Translations under genes and position numbers: made by a program
The notes under the pieces: generated by a model
What the model saw: the letters and a program-made list of their open reading frames with translations, nothing else
The model's database searches: none
Told to the model about the DNA's origin: nothing
Source: Euglena gracilis
Lineage: Eukaryota
DNA: 64,000 bases
Direction: 5' to 3'
Assembly (NCBI GenBank): GCA_039621445.1
Contig: CP154954.1
Span: 15,704,140 to 15,768,139, forward strand
Shown here: in pieces, positions 26,001 through 38,000 of the stretch
Layout: every line of letters begins with the position of its first letter
How positions within the stretch are numbered: the first letter of the stretch is position 1

Positions 26001-29000
26001 CCGCCGCCACCCACCAACTGATCCGCGACAACCTCCACGAGACTCCGAACAGGGCCCGGCAGATGGCGGTGTTTTGGGGAAGGGAAGTGTACAGTGAACT
26101 GTGCCTGGCCAAGTGCTTACCCGCAATCCATCCGGGACAAATGTGGTATAATTATACATTAAATTGTTTCGATGAAGGCTTTCACATTCGGACCTCAAGC
26201 ATCCACTGAATTTTGGTACTGCTGACCTTGGAAGGTTGGGAGACAGATGCCTGTTGGGACCCGGTTTTCTTTTGTTGATTCACCCGGACCCTGGGGTGGA
26301 TCTATGGCGGTTGGGTGGATTCCAAAGGCCCTCGCAACTGCCCTTCCATCGAGGACAAGATTGTGAAGTTTGCCCAGAAGGAAAGCCACCTGGCGCCGAA
26401 TGGATATTTGAATCCTCCCGCAGCCGCTTAGTGAGAAACGCCAGTGGAAGAGCTCTGCAACACCGGAATCAATGAAATTGCTTCCAAGCCTGGGTGAAAT
26501 GAAACTCGAACGCAGAGCTGCAGCACAGACACCACCGAAGCCAAATATGAAAAAGTATTAATTGCAATTTTATGTTAATGAATTGGAAAACACTGATTAA
26601 TTATAATTATTGATCAATAACACGAAAAAAAATTATTTTATTATGAATAATAGTAAACACTGCCACAAATATTAAATATCATTATCAATATTAAGATGTT
26701 GCATTATAAACATTATTGTTATTATTATTATTATTATTATTGAATAATATAATTGTAAATATCATTAATTGCCCCTTTTCTCACCGGCCGACCCCATTCG
26801 ACTCCGGGGCCACCCAGTGTTCCTGGAGCCCGAGGGGCGCCGCACGCCGGAGCTCTACGTCCAGGCCCAGGGTTTGAAACCAGCAGAGGGGGCACCGGTG
26901 CTCCTCCTCGTCCTCCCTGAACAATGGCAAACCCTGCCCAGGGCTGCTCCACCGGGCTGCCGGAGCGCCTGCAGCTGGGGCTGTTGCGGGCTGGGGGGTC
27001 CCGGAACGAGGGGGCAGGGCAGGTCTCGCACACTACACGCAAACAGAAACGGACACTGCCAAGAGACCCAGACATGCCCGTCTGTTCACACTCACACCCA
27101 CTCATTCATCACAGGGCAGGGGGGGGGGAAATGCACCGCGCATTTTTGCGCTTTTTTGCGCTTTTTTTTGCGCATTTTTGTCAATTTTTCAAAAAATGCG
27201 CATTTTTGCGCATTTTTTGCGCATTTTTTTCCATTTTCCCACTTTTTTTTTTTACACTTTTGTCCATATTGTCCACATTGTCCATATGTCAAAAATAAAT
27301 TTGACATTGGTGTTCTTGAACACCGTTCTTCTGAACAATTCTATGTTATCATCCATCCCTCTTTCCGCCAATAATCAAATTCTCCATTCTTCCCTCAGAT
27401 TTTTTCACAAAATGGCTTCAAGTTCAACGGCTGATCATCCAAGCTTTTGTTCAATGGAAATTTTATTCTTGGACAAAAGCTTGCTGCCAAGAAGCTGAGC
27501 AGATGGAGCAAGATGAAATGCGGAATCCTACTCCTCTGGTCACAAGTAAGCGGCACCATGGCTGACATTGTTGGTTATGGTGAACGGAGAGTGACGCTGC
27601 TGAGCGACGTTGCTCGTGCATTTTTTTTTTTGGCCAAAATGCCTTCATTTCAGCTCTTTTTGGTGATTTTGGTTTAATTTTGGGCTTATTGTTGGAAATT
27701 TTTCTAAGTCCTTTTTCCCTTAGGAATGTCACAACTCAGCGCATTTTTGCACATTTTTTCCCAAGGCCGTCCAGCGCATTCCCCCCCCCCTGCACATGGG
27801 TAGACACGCACTCGCATTTATTTTAAAGCATACACACTCCCGTGCACACAAGCAGATAAACGATAAACGCACAAACACACACAGACAAAGAAACACACAT
27901 GTGTGCATAAACACATGCACGATCCTCAAACGTTGGTGGTGTCCTCCACGTTCTACAAAAGAGCTCCACATATAATCACCCTTCGAAGCTCAATCCTCGC
28001 TGCTCTTCCTCCCCCTCCTGTTTGGACCTCGCCCGGGCTCCCCCATCGAGGGACGCTGCCGGGGATGGAGCAGGTGAAGATGGTGCGGCCCGGCTATGCC
28101 ATCGAATATGATTACATTCCCGCCACGCAGTGCACGCGAACCCTGCAGGCCAAGACGGTGCGCGGCCTGTACCTCGCTGGCCAGGTGTGCCGGGGCGGAA
28201 TGAAAGTGGCACCTTAAATTGACCAATCCCCTGCGAAACACCAGCTCCATCACTTACCAACTGATTTGACACACACACATATATATATATATATTCATAT
28301 GTATGATCACATATGTATAAATTAACAACGTGCATTACAAATATGTATTAACATGTATTAATGTGTTCATGCACGTATGAACATATTAATGCATTTTTTA
28401 ATATATTTAATATGTATTAACATATCAATGTGTACAAATATGTTTTAATGTACATTCATAGGTTGATAAATAATGATATTTATATGATTTTTATTTCAAA
28501 TCCAGCCCCCCCCCCCCTCACAGGTGTGTGGCACGACGGGGTACGAGGAGGCGGCAGGGCAGGGCCTCGTGGCGGGGGCCAACGCCGCCCTCGCGGCGCT
28601 GGGCCGCCCAGGGGATTTAGTGAATTGGTGTTTTGCATGGCAGAGGGGCAGACCTGGGCAGGAGGGGGGGCAGACCCGAAGGGGGGTCTGGGACCCCCCG
28701 CGCGATTTGTACAATGATTTTCTTGGAGAATGCTCTTGATTTTGTTTAGAAAAAAACGTATGCGAAGCCGCGATATTGGGCCTTTTTTCCCAGTTCCCCC
28801 AAAACTTTTCCAGCGCTTTAAGCTGGAGAGTCTGTTGTGCCCCCCCCCCCCTGGCCACTCAATACCCTGTGGCCGCCCCGCGCTGGAGCTGCCGCGGGAG
28901 TCGTCGTACATCGGCACCATGGTGGACGGCCGCCGCCCTGCATGGATGGCACCAGGACCCACTGAGTCCAGAGGGGAGGGGGCGGTTGTTGTCTGAGGTT

Positions 29001-32000
29001 GTGACGGGGACCGGCTCACCCCCCCCCCCTGCAGCCCTCGCACCCGCCAATACAAGGCCCTCCTACCTCCTATTACAAAAACTCGCGGCCGTGGTTTCAG
29101 ACAGTGGGGGGGGGCATCTTGCACAGGTGGGCGTGGTAGATAGAAAGCACAGGGAATCCCAGAGTGCTGGCAACACATGCTGTTTGCACTCCTGCCCTGT
29201 TTGTACACAGTGCCCTGTTGGAAGGAGGGAGTTTGATTAGGGGGTCACCCAACTTTGTTGACTGTCTCTGGTCTCAACTGGGGTTTTAACCAGGGGGCGG
29301 GGAATATGCAATTTGCATGATTTGCAGTTTTTTTTGGATAATCAGGTTTTTCCGAAATTTGCATTTTTTTTGCATTTTTTTGCATTTTTTTTTTGCATAA
29401 AATATTTTCCCCTGGACAATTTTTTTGTAGTTAGTCGCCGTGTCATGTTTGGTCCCTCTGCAGTTGCCTCAGGTCTTTGATATTTTCACCCTAGTAAAAG
29501 GCCGCCGCTCTATTGATGTTCAATGGTGACCTGGAGGGACGATTTGCTTTGCCTGAACGTGCAGGTGCCATTTGTGTTGATTTTCAAAGCTTCAGTGCTT
29601 GCCGTTGCCTTCCAGCAGGTCTTCTTTGTGAATCATTGACAGGTACCCCGGCATTGTCACATGTTTACGGATTTTAGGCAGCAAAACTCTGTTATATTCC
29701 AGCCTTTTCTCAGGGGTTTAATGCAAGTTGCATTTTTTTTCATTTTTTTGCATTTATTTTACTTGCATAATTTGAAGGGCCAAGTTGCCTATCCCCCTAT
29801 CCCCCCCTGTTTTAACTGAGTTTTCAATTTCTTAAAATAGAAATGTTTTTCACACCAAATTGCTTTTCAGAGAAGTGGTTAATTAATTTATCAATGTTTT
29901 TGAGCACTGCTCAGATGTTTACAAGGGTCGGGGCCAAAAGATTGGCCCATGAATTTTGCAGTGGGCAAAGTTGTTTGGGGTATTGAAATGACCCCCCCCC
30001 AATTAGAAGCCCCCAGGGGTTATTGTTGTTATTGTTTGGTTAGTCTGCGGAAAACCCGAGGAGGGCTTCTAATGGGGCACCCTTATGCGGGGCCCAAAAA
30101 ACTTTTGGCGCTTCGCGTCGGGTGTAAAAAAGTCAGCCTTTTTGGATTTGTGTTGACGTAGAAATAATTCTTTTTTATGCGCACATCCTGCCAGAGTTCC
30201 TCGAAGATGTCACTCTTGTTGATGCCCCCAAAGATCCGATCCACCTGCATTTGTGTGCTTGTGGCTGGCCAGCGCCAAGCACCTATAGTAAAAATGGCGG
30301 AAAATGGTCGAAAATGGCCGAAAATGGCCGAAAATGAAATTTTGGGCTCTGTAGGTGGGGGTCCCGAAACTGGCCGAAAATGGCGAAAATGGCCGAAAAT
30401 GAGAAAAAAATTGCAAATTTTTTTCGAGTTTTTTTTGCCGAACAGTTGCTTTTTTCCTGGGGGGGGGGGGCAATTTTCAGTGCGATTTATTCTTGTCTCT
30501 GTGCAGCCTGTCTTCTTTTGTTATTATGCCTGGCCCTGCAACACATGCTGCTCAAACAACCACCTCCGAAAGGGTTATTTGGGCCACAGCTGATATTTTG
30601 ATGCCATTTCCAATGTTACTCCCATGTTGGCCATTTTGGATCAATTTTTGCTATATTTTGCACTGTTTTGGCAAATATTGGGCTAATCTGGGTCAATATG
30701 GGCACATTTTATGGCATTTTGCACCATTTTGGTGATTTTGGGTTATTTTTCACAATTTTGTGGACATTGTTGGCGCTTTTGGGCAAGTTTAGGTTATTTG
30801 AAGCAATTTTGGGTCAATTTGATTGCTTTTTGGGGCCTTTTGCGGTCAAATTTAGGTTTTTTGTGGTCATTTTTTTGGGTTTCTGTGCTAGGTTGGGAGC
30901 CAGTGGATGCAGTGGTTACAGATACTGGACAAGATGCAATGGATGCAGATGCTGAACAAGATGCAGACTGAACAAGATGTCGACACTGGACAAGATGCAG
31001 ATGCTGTATGAGATGCAGATGCTGGACAAGATGCAGATGCTGAACAAGATGCAGACACTGGACAAGATGCAGATGCTGTGCAACATGCAGATGCTGGACA
31101 AGATGCAGATATTGGACAAGATGCAGACGTTGTTCAAGATGCAGACACTGGACAAGATGTCGACACTGGAGAAGGTGCAGATGCTGTACAAGATGCAGAT
31201 GCTGGACAAGATGCAGATGCTGGACAAGATGCAGATGCTGGAGAAGATGCAGTGGATGCAGATACTGGACAAGATTAAGATCTTGACAAGATGCAGGTAT
31301 TGGATAAGATGCACACACTAGACAAGATGCAGCGATTGCTGATGCAACGGATGTAGATATTGGACAAGATGTACATGCTGGGCGAGATGCGATGTTGAAC
31401 AAGAGGTGAGCACATTTGATGTCAACATTTCAACATTATGGACCAATCACATGTTTGCTTGCTTTTGTTTGCTTTTCTTTGCTTGCACGTGCTGCTCAAC
31501 GAACCACCTCCAAATGGGTTATTTGGGCAAAAGCCGATGGTTTTGATGACATTTCAGAAAATTGTGGTGACAAGGTGCAATTAGGCAAAGTATGAGAAGC
31601 GTTTTTTTCTCTGTTAAAGGTGTGAGATTCTTGCATGATTCCTGCATTAGGTTTATTGCACACAAGTGGATGGGATATAACAGTGCCACCATCAAACAAT
31701 GTTGTTTGGGGTATCAAGTTGGAATAGGTGAGGGGAAGTTGTTTGCGAAAAGCATTCACGCCAAGAGGCTTGAAGAGAAAAGCACCAGTTTTGGTGTTGC
31801 CATCCACCATTGTGGTTAATATGTCGTGTGCCAACCACTCTCATGAAGCGTCCCAAGAACCCCCAGAAAAAAAAGACCAAAGTGGACAAGAGCCTCTCTG
31901 GTAGGAAAAAAATAGCTTATTCCCAAAACCTTGCATTTGCATATTGCAAACAAAAAACTCTTTAATCCCTGAGCACCCATTCCAAACGGACCTCCTTGGA

Positions 32001-35000
32001 TGCGTTAGCTTGCCACGACTGCTTTCGTGTTGACTGAATGATCAAAATGTATTGTTGGTATGAAAGAATTTTAAGGCAGTTTTACCCCCCCCCACCTATA
32101 GGGAAAAAATGGCCGAAAATGGCCGAAAATGGCCGAAAATGGCGAAAATCTGGGGGTCAACTATAGGTGCTTGGCCAGCGCCTTGAATACGTACAGCTGC
32201 CTGGGGGAGGGGGGCTGTTATTTGAATTTTTGGTGGCGGGAAACCCGAGGGGGGGGGGCTTCTATCTGGGGGGTATTTAAGGGGGGGGCTTCTACCCTCC
32301 CCCCCCCTTGTCCAACGAACATTTACCTGTAACCTACGACCAGGGGGGGTGGTTGTACACCCCTCCAACCTGCAACCTACAACCAGGGGGTGGTCGTTAC
32401 ACAGGGGGCAAAAAGCTCATGCACCATGCACAACGGAAAATGAGCGAAAAACAGCAAAAAAAGGTAGCCAAAACACAGCGACTCCTCCGGAGGGTGTGTT
32501 ATAAAAGACAGCGCCAGAAGGCTGCTGTACGAATGCTACACAAAAAAAATTTAAAATGTCTCCAAAGAATACGGACATAACACCCTAACATTACAACCCC
32601 TAAATAGAAACCAAACAAACAAAATTAAAATGTTATCCAAAATACGGACTTCAAAGGAATCATTGTGACGCTAAATTTAATTCTTAGCGTTGTGTAGAGG
32701 ATGCCAGGTTTTTTCGTTATTTTGTTTCAGTTGTTTTTTTTTTAATTATTTTTTAGTTTTTTTTTACAAAGGAAAGATTTTTGTGACCTAAATTTAATTC
32801 TTAGCTGTAGAGGCTGCCAGGTCTACATTCAGCTGCACACCTACCTCCTGATATGGCCCCTTTTGGATTGTTTTGGTCTCCCACCAGTAAGATGGTCATT
32901 AAAACAGCCACTGTTTGTCTCAGACTGGGGGGGGGGCACCTATGGCGTCAAGTATTGACCATGGGTTGGGGTATAGGGCCATTTTAGGCTGTTTTTGGCC
33001 CTGTTGGCTAACTCATCATTTTAACCAGTTTGGGCATTTTGGCAATTTCCGAAAACTTTTGGCCATTTTTGGCGTTGTTGGTCATTTCTAAGGGCACTTG
33101 TGGCAATTTTTAGCCAATTTATGGCAACCTTTCGGCGTTTGTCGCAACCCTTAAGAATGCTGAGCCACGTTTTGCATTATCATCAGCCATTCTGGGTATT
33201 TTTAACCTCTTTAGGGGCGGACCATCGGATTATTGCTTACCAATTACCAATGTTTGCCGTTTGGAGAATTTTTGTTTTGATTGATTTTTTTGGCGCTAAC
33301 CACCACGTCCTGATTTTCACGAAAACATATCTTTTTGCACGCTTTCCTTTGCGGGGAGAAGGGGCAAAGCGGACGGTTGCTTTTCGACATTCTCCTGGCA
33401 AAGATATTTGTTCCTGACAATTTTAACCCCCCCCCCCTCCAAAATGACCCCAAAACCCAGGACCCCAAAAGAAGGCCTGGTATTCATTTTGGGGGGGATT
33501 TAGTTTAGGGCACCTCAAAGTCAGGTTGGTGGGTCAAAAAGCACCAACACACCGGGCGTGGCCAGGCCCATGGCCCAGGGCTGTGCGGGAAGCCCCGAAA
33601 TCATATGAGTGCCCCGACCCCCCACCACCAGGCCTTCCCGTGATTCCAGAGGCGCCGATTTTTCAGTCAAAATGGAACCAAAGCCGTTTTCTTTGTGCGG
33701 TTGCTGTGGTGGTGGGGGGTTGACCCACCCCCAGGGTATTAAGAGCGTTGGTTTTGAACAGGGGGAGGGGAGGCCCCTCCTCCCCCCCTAGGGGAGGGGG
33801 GTCCAGTCCACCCCCCCAGGGTCGAGAGGGGTCCCGGGGACGCCCATGGAACCAATAATTTTTCCTTCTCTGGCGCTTCGTGACACAGCCTTGTGGTTTC
33901 CCCATCCGTTCCCATCTGTTTTTGTCGATTCGGTCGGGGAAAATATCGCCAAAAACACCATTTCCGCGCGGATTTTTCTTGACCCAAAAAAGGGGAGGGG
34001 GCGTCGACCCCCCCCTTTCCACCCCCTCCCTGGGGGGAGGGGGTTCCAGACCACTCCTCCCCCTTTCCCCCTCTCATGTAATACCCTACCCTCCCCCAGG
34101 TGAGGGGCCAACCCCCTGGGCCTTCCCGTACGGTCTTGCCATATGGCCTGCAGGGCGGCGCCGGGCCGACCTCATCACGAAGCACCAGGCGGAGCCGTAC
34201 CGCGTGTTCACGTCTCGGTCGGAGCACCGGCTGCTGCTGCGGTCCGACAACGCGGACCAGCGGCTCACCCCCACCGGGTGTGCCGGAGTACCCAAAAAAC
34301 CCTTTTTGGCTATTTTTTGTTTGCAACCAGGGAGGCATGACCCCCTTAAGGGGCAGGCACCTAGGGTGTTCTGAGAGCCAGGCAAATTCAGGAACTACTG
34401 GAATTTTCGAGTAAACATGTGGGTAGACCCCCCCCCCCCCGGCGCCAATGAAGTGAGTCACACTTGCTAACCTGGCTTTGTCGGAATGGCCTCCCCCGCT
34501 GCACTGGTCAACTTGACTGAAGCCAATTTTCGAGGGAGAGGCATTATCAAGATATTGGGTAGTATTGATTGTGTTTTTTTGGAGATTATACCATTTTTGT
34601 CCTCAGCAGTCGATCTGGGGTCTCACACTCAACCATACATCCTAAGCAGGCTTCCCATTCCCCCGGACATTCACACTTGATCCGCCCTGTTCAGTTGCAT
34701 CATTCCAAATGACGGGGTTGCCCGTTGGATCGCTGCCCTCCCGGCCCAGGTACAAGTACGGCCTCGTTGCTGAACGGCAGTGGCAGGAGTTCCAGGCGAA
34801 GTGCGCCAGACCCAGCCCCCCGCCGGTGTCCCCCTCGTGGCTGAAGGAGACCGGGTCCAAACCCATTTGTGCAGTGCGTGGGCGAACGCAAAATGCACCG
34901 GCAACGCAGTTTCTTGTATGGCCCCTGACAGGAATGAAAACTCGGCCTTCCGATGTTTGGAGGAGGCTCACATTCAGGGGACATACTCGGGTGCTGTGCG

Positions 35001-38000
35001 GACCCACTGGAATTGCATGAACTGCCTGGACTGCATGCCTGTGAGCGTTCCATTGCTTGGCCGGCTGAGGCGAGGACGGAGGGCTGCCCACAATGGAGAA
35101 GGAGAAAGCGCGCCTGGGGACGGTGCGGGTGGACCCCAATCGTGCTGTATTGTGTTTCGGTCCATCGTGGTGGTTGCTTTATTTCATTTCATTTCATTTA
35201 TTTTTTTATTTCATTCTTTTTTATGCATGGATTTCGCTGCTGCTGCCATTGCTGTTGGCTTCTCGACGCTTTGAAGACTGCAGCACAGCCTCAGCACACC
35301 ACTGGGGCAGGCATTGGTCGCCGAGAGCGGGCAGGAGATGAAGTCGGCGATGTCCCTTGAGCACACCGTGGCCGACCAGTTGAAGCTGTTTGGAATCTCC
35401 ATAACTCCCCCTCAAGTATAAGGCCCACCCAATTATGTATGCCCATTAGACCACAGACGGGGCTTCATGTTTGGGCCCATATAAATTAACAAATATAACA
35501 AATACAGACAAATATAAAAAAAATTTCAAACCTTCAAATAACAACCAAATTTATTCCAAAACGATGGCTGTGCCTCCCAGATTTCCCCAAAGTGCCTTTT
35601 TTGCCCAAGATGAACCATTTCTGAGAAACGGAGAAACTACTCCCAAAATTTTCCTTCGTGCAAAGATGATCTTTTTTTAAAAACAAAAAATGTGTGTGTG
35701 TTTCTTTTGAGAGGGCACTCATTGTCCTGCCTTTTTTAAGGTGCACAATGTCCTCCCCCTGTGTAGGCATGCAGGTGGAGAAGAGATTTTAAACTCTCGC
35801 TCACTCCCCCCCCCCCGCCCCCCAAGGGGTGCCTACCTGGGATCCGACCCCGACCCCATGTAGGGGGGGGGGGGGTTGGGCAATTCGCCAAAAGTGCTTG
35901 ACACTCAGCAAGGCATTTTGGGTTTCACACATCCTGAACCGGTTTGGCACTCATGGATTGAAAACCTACCTCATTTTTCCTTCAGTCAAACTTTCTACCC
36001 AGATTGGGGATGCTGATGGAAGCCCCGTACGCCTTGCAACATGGTGAACATTCCCTGAGTGTTGGGCAATTCTGAGCGTTGCAGCCCCGCCCCAGCCACA
36101 GTGTGGGGTCGAGGGGATCCTCCGCCGGCCACACGTGCAATACAGCCTGTTGGAAGCCAGGGCACGCAGCCGTGCCAGCGCTTTGAAAAATATTGGGCAG
36201 CGCTCCCATGCTGTCTTTTGATATTTAGCAAACACATGCATTTCTGTAAATGTTCTTGGGTTTGTTGAGAAAATTTGCCTCTTTGGAATTTATTTCCCAA
36301 AATTATATGACCCCACAATACATAGGAGGAGGGCGCAGGGGTGGAAGGGGGGGGGCTGTTCCCCACCCCCTGGACCATATCCCCCCTTCTTGCAGGGTCC
36401 GGCCCCGCCCGGGGTTGGTACTTGGGGTCTGTTGGTTTGACAAAAATTTTACCCCAAAAAGTCCCCAAACGTGACATTTTTAGCAATTTTTTTGGGTGCA
36501 AAAGTTTTACATCACCCAGACATCATTTCTTCTGCCCCCCACATGTGCACACACACACACACACACATGCACACATGCACCACAAACAAACACACACATT
36601 TGCGTGCACGCACGCAAGCACACACCTGTGCAGACTCACACACACTCCCTCACACTCACACACAGACACACTACACACAACCACGCATGCACAGCATCAA
36701 GCCACCCACCACACCACACGTGTGCACGCGCACCAACCCGCGGGTCTCAACCCTGTCGTCGGCCCACGGCTACGGGGCACCTCCCAAGGCCGGCCTGCAG
36801 GCAGAGGAGAAGGACTCCGTGGAGGTGGACATCAAGTACGAGGGCTTCATCCGCCGGGCGCAGCTGCAGGCGGAGCGGGTGGCAGCGTCAATGGGGATGA
36901 AGCCACGCCCACTCCTGAAGACAAGGGGGGTGAACGCCTGTCGCATTTTTTTTCCGCGTGTGCATTTCTTGCACATTTTTTTTCAAAACTGTGCAAACAT
37001 GCATTTTTGTGCATTTTTGCATTTTTTGCAGTTTTGTCCTTTTTTTTTTGCTGTTTTGGCACATTTTTTTTTGTGATTTTTACATTTTTTTTGCATTTTC
37101 TGACCATTTTCGCAAATTTTTTTCCAATCTTTTGAATGGTTTGATTTTTTTTGAAACTGACATTTTCTTCAAAATTCCATACAATTATAGAAATACGACA
37201 CCATTTTTGCATATTTTTCGGGCATTTTTTTGCTTTTTTCGTAATTTTGGCGCATTTTCTCTAAAATTTCGAGCATTTCTGTGCATTTTTTTTTCCAAAA
37301 AAAGCATGTACATTTTTTGCGCATTATTGAGCATTTTTGCGCAATTTCCCCAACACGTGCCACCTTTTTCCCAAAAAAGAATCGTTCCGGTGCGAGATTT
37401 AACAATTTTGCCTCAAGTCCCTCCCAACACCCTGCGCTAGGCCGTTCGTCTGCCCCCCCTCCCCCCCCCCCAGCGGGGGAGGCGTGCCAGCAATTGCCCG
37501 CCGACCTGGACTACGCAGCCATCCACACCGTCTCCTTCATCGGCCGCGAGAAGCTGCGCGAGGTCCGCCCAGAGACCCTGGCCCAGGCCAGCCGCATCCC
37601 CGGCGTGACGAGCGCTGACGTGGCGGCCCTCCGCCCAGCGGCCCTGCCCGAGACCCATCGGCAACGGTGGCGCCACGCCCCGCGGCTGTTTAGGAATTGG
37701 GAATTAGGAATTGGGAATTTTGGGAATTGGGAATTGGGAATTAGAAATTGGGAATTGGGAATTAGGAATTAGGAATCGGATCCCCCATCTGGGTTGGGGG
37801 GTTCCACCACACCCCCACCTTCCAGCTGCAGGGTATACCCTCCCAACCTTCCCATGCACCCTCCCACAAGGCCCAGGCTTGGCAGGGCACCCACCGCAGT
37901 TATTTGGTGTTAATGGTAAATGGTAATGGTCAATCACGGGTTGGGGGGATGAGGTCCAGTGCCCTGTGCTGGTTTCCACCAGTTTCCACTGCCGGCAGAT

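Larger units (their letters stand above)
28928..34167 (+). other. 5.2-kb nonconventional intron in mnmG carrying nested insertions
   Basis: Perfect 12-bp inverted ends CGCCGCCCTGCA (28931-28942) / TGCAGGGCGGCG (34149-34160). Removal restores GTMVD|DLITK. Confidence 0.85.

Noticed and set aside
28182-28528. 8-bp direct repeat CAGGTGTG around a GT-AG intron as a TSD
   Set aside because: It largely equals the local splice consensus (CAG|GTGTG) and no inverted termini are present, so chance is sufficient.
30977-31321. (LDKMQM)n and reverse-strand (LHLVQH)n ORFs as proteins
   Set aside because: They are alternative frames of the 18-bp minisatellite with no supporting gene structure.
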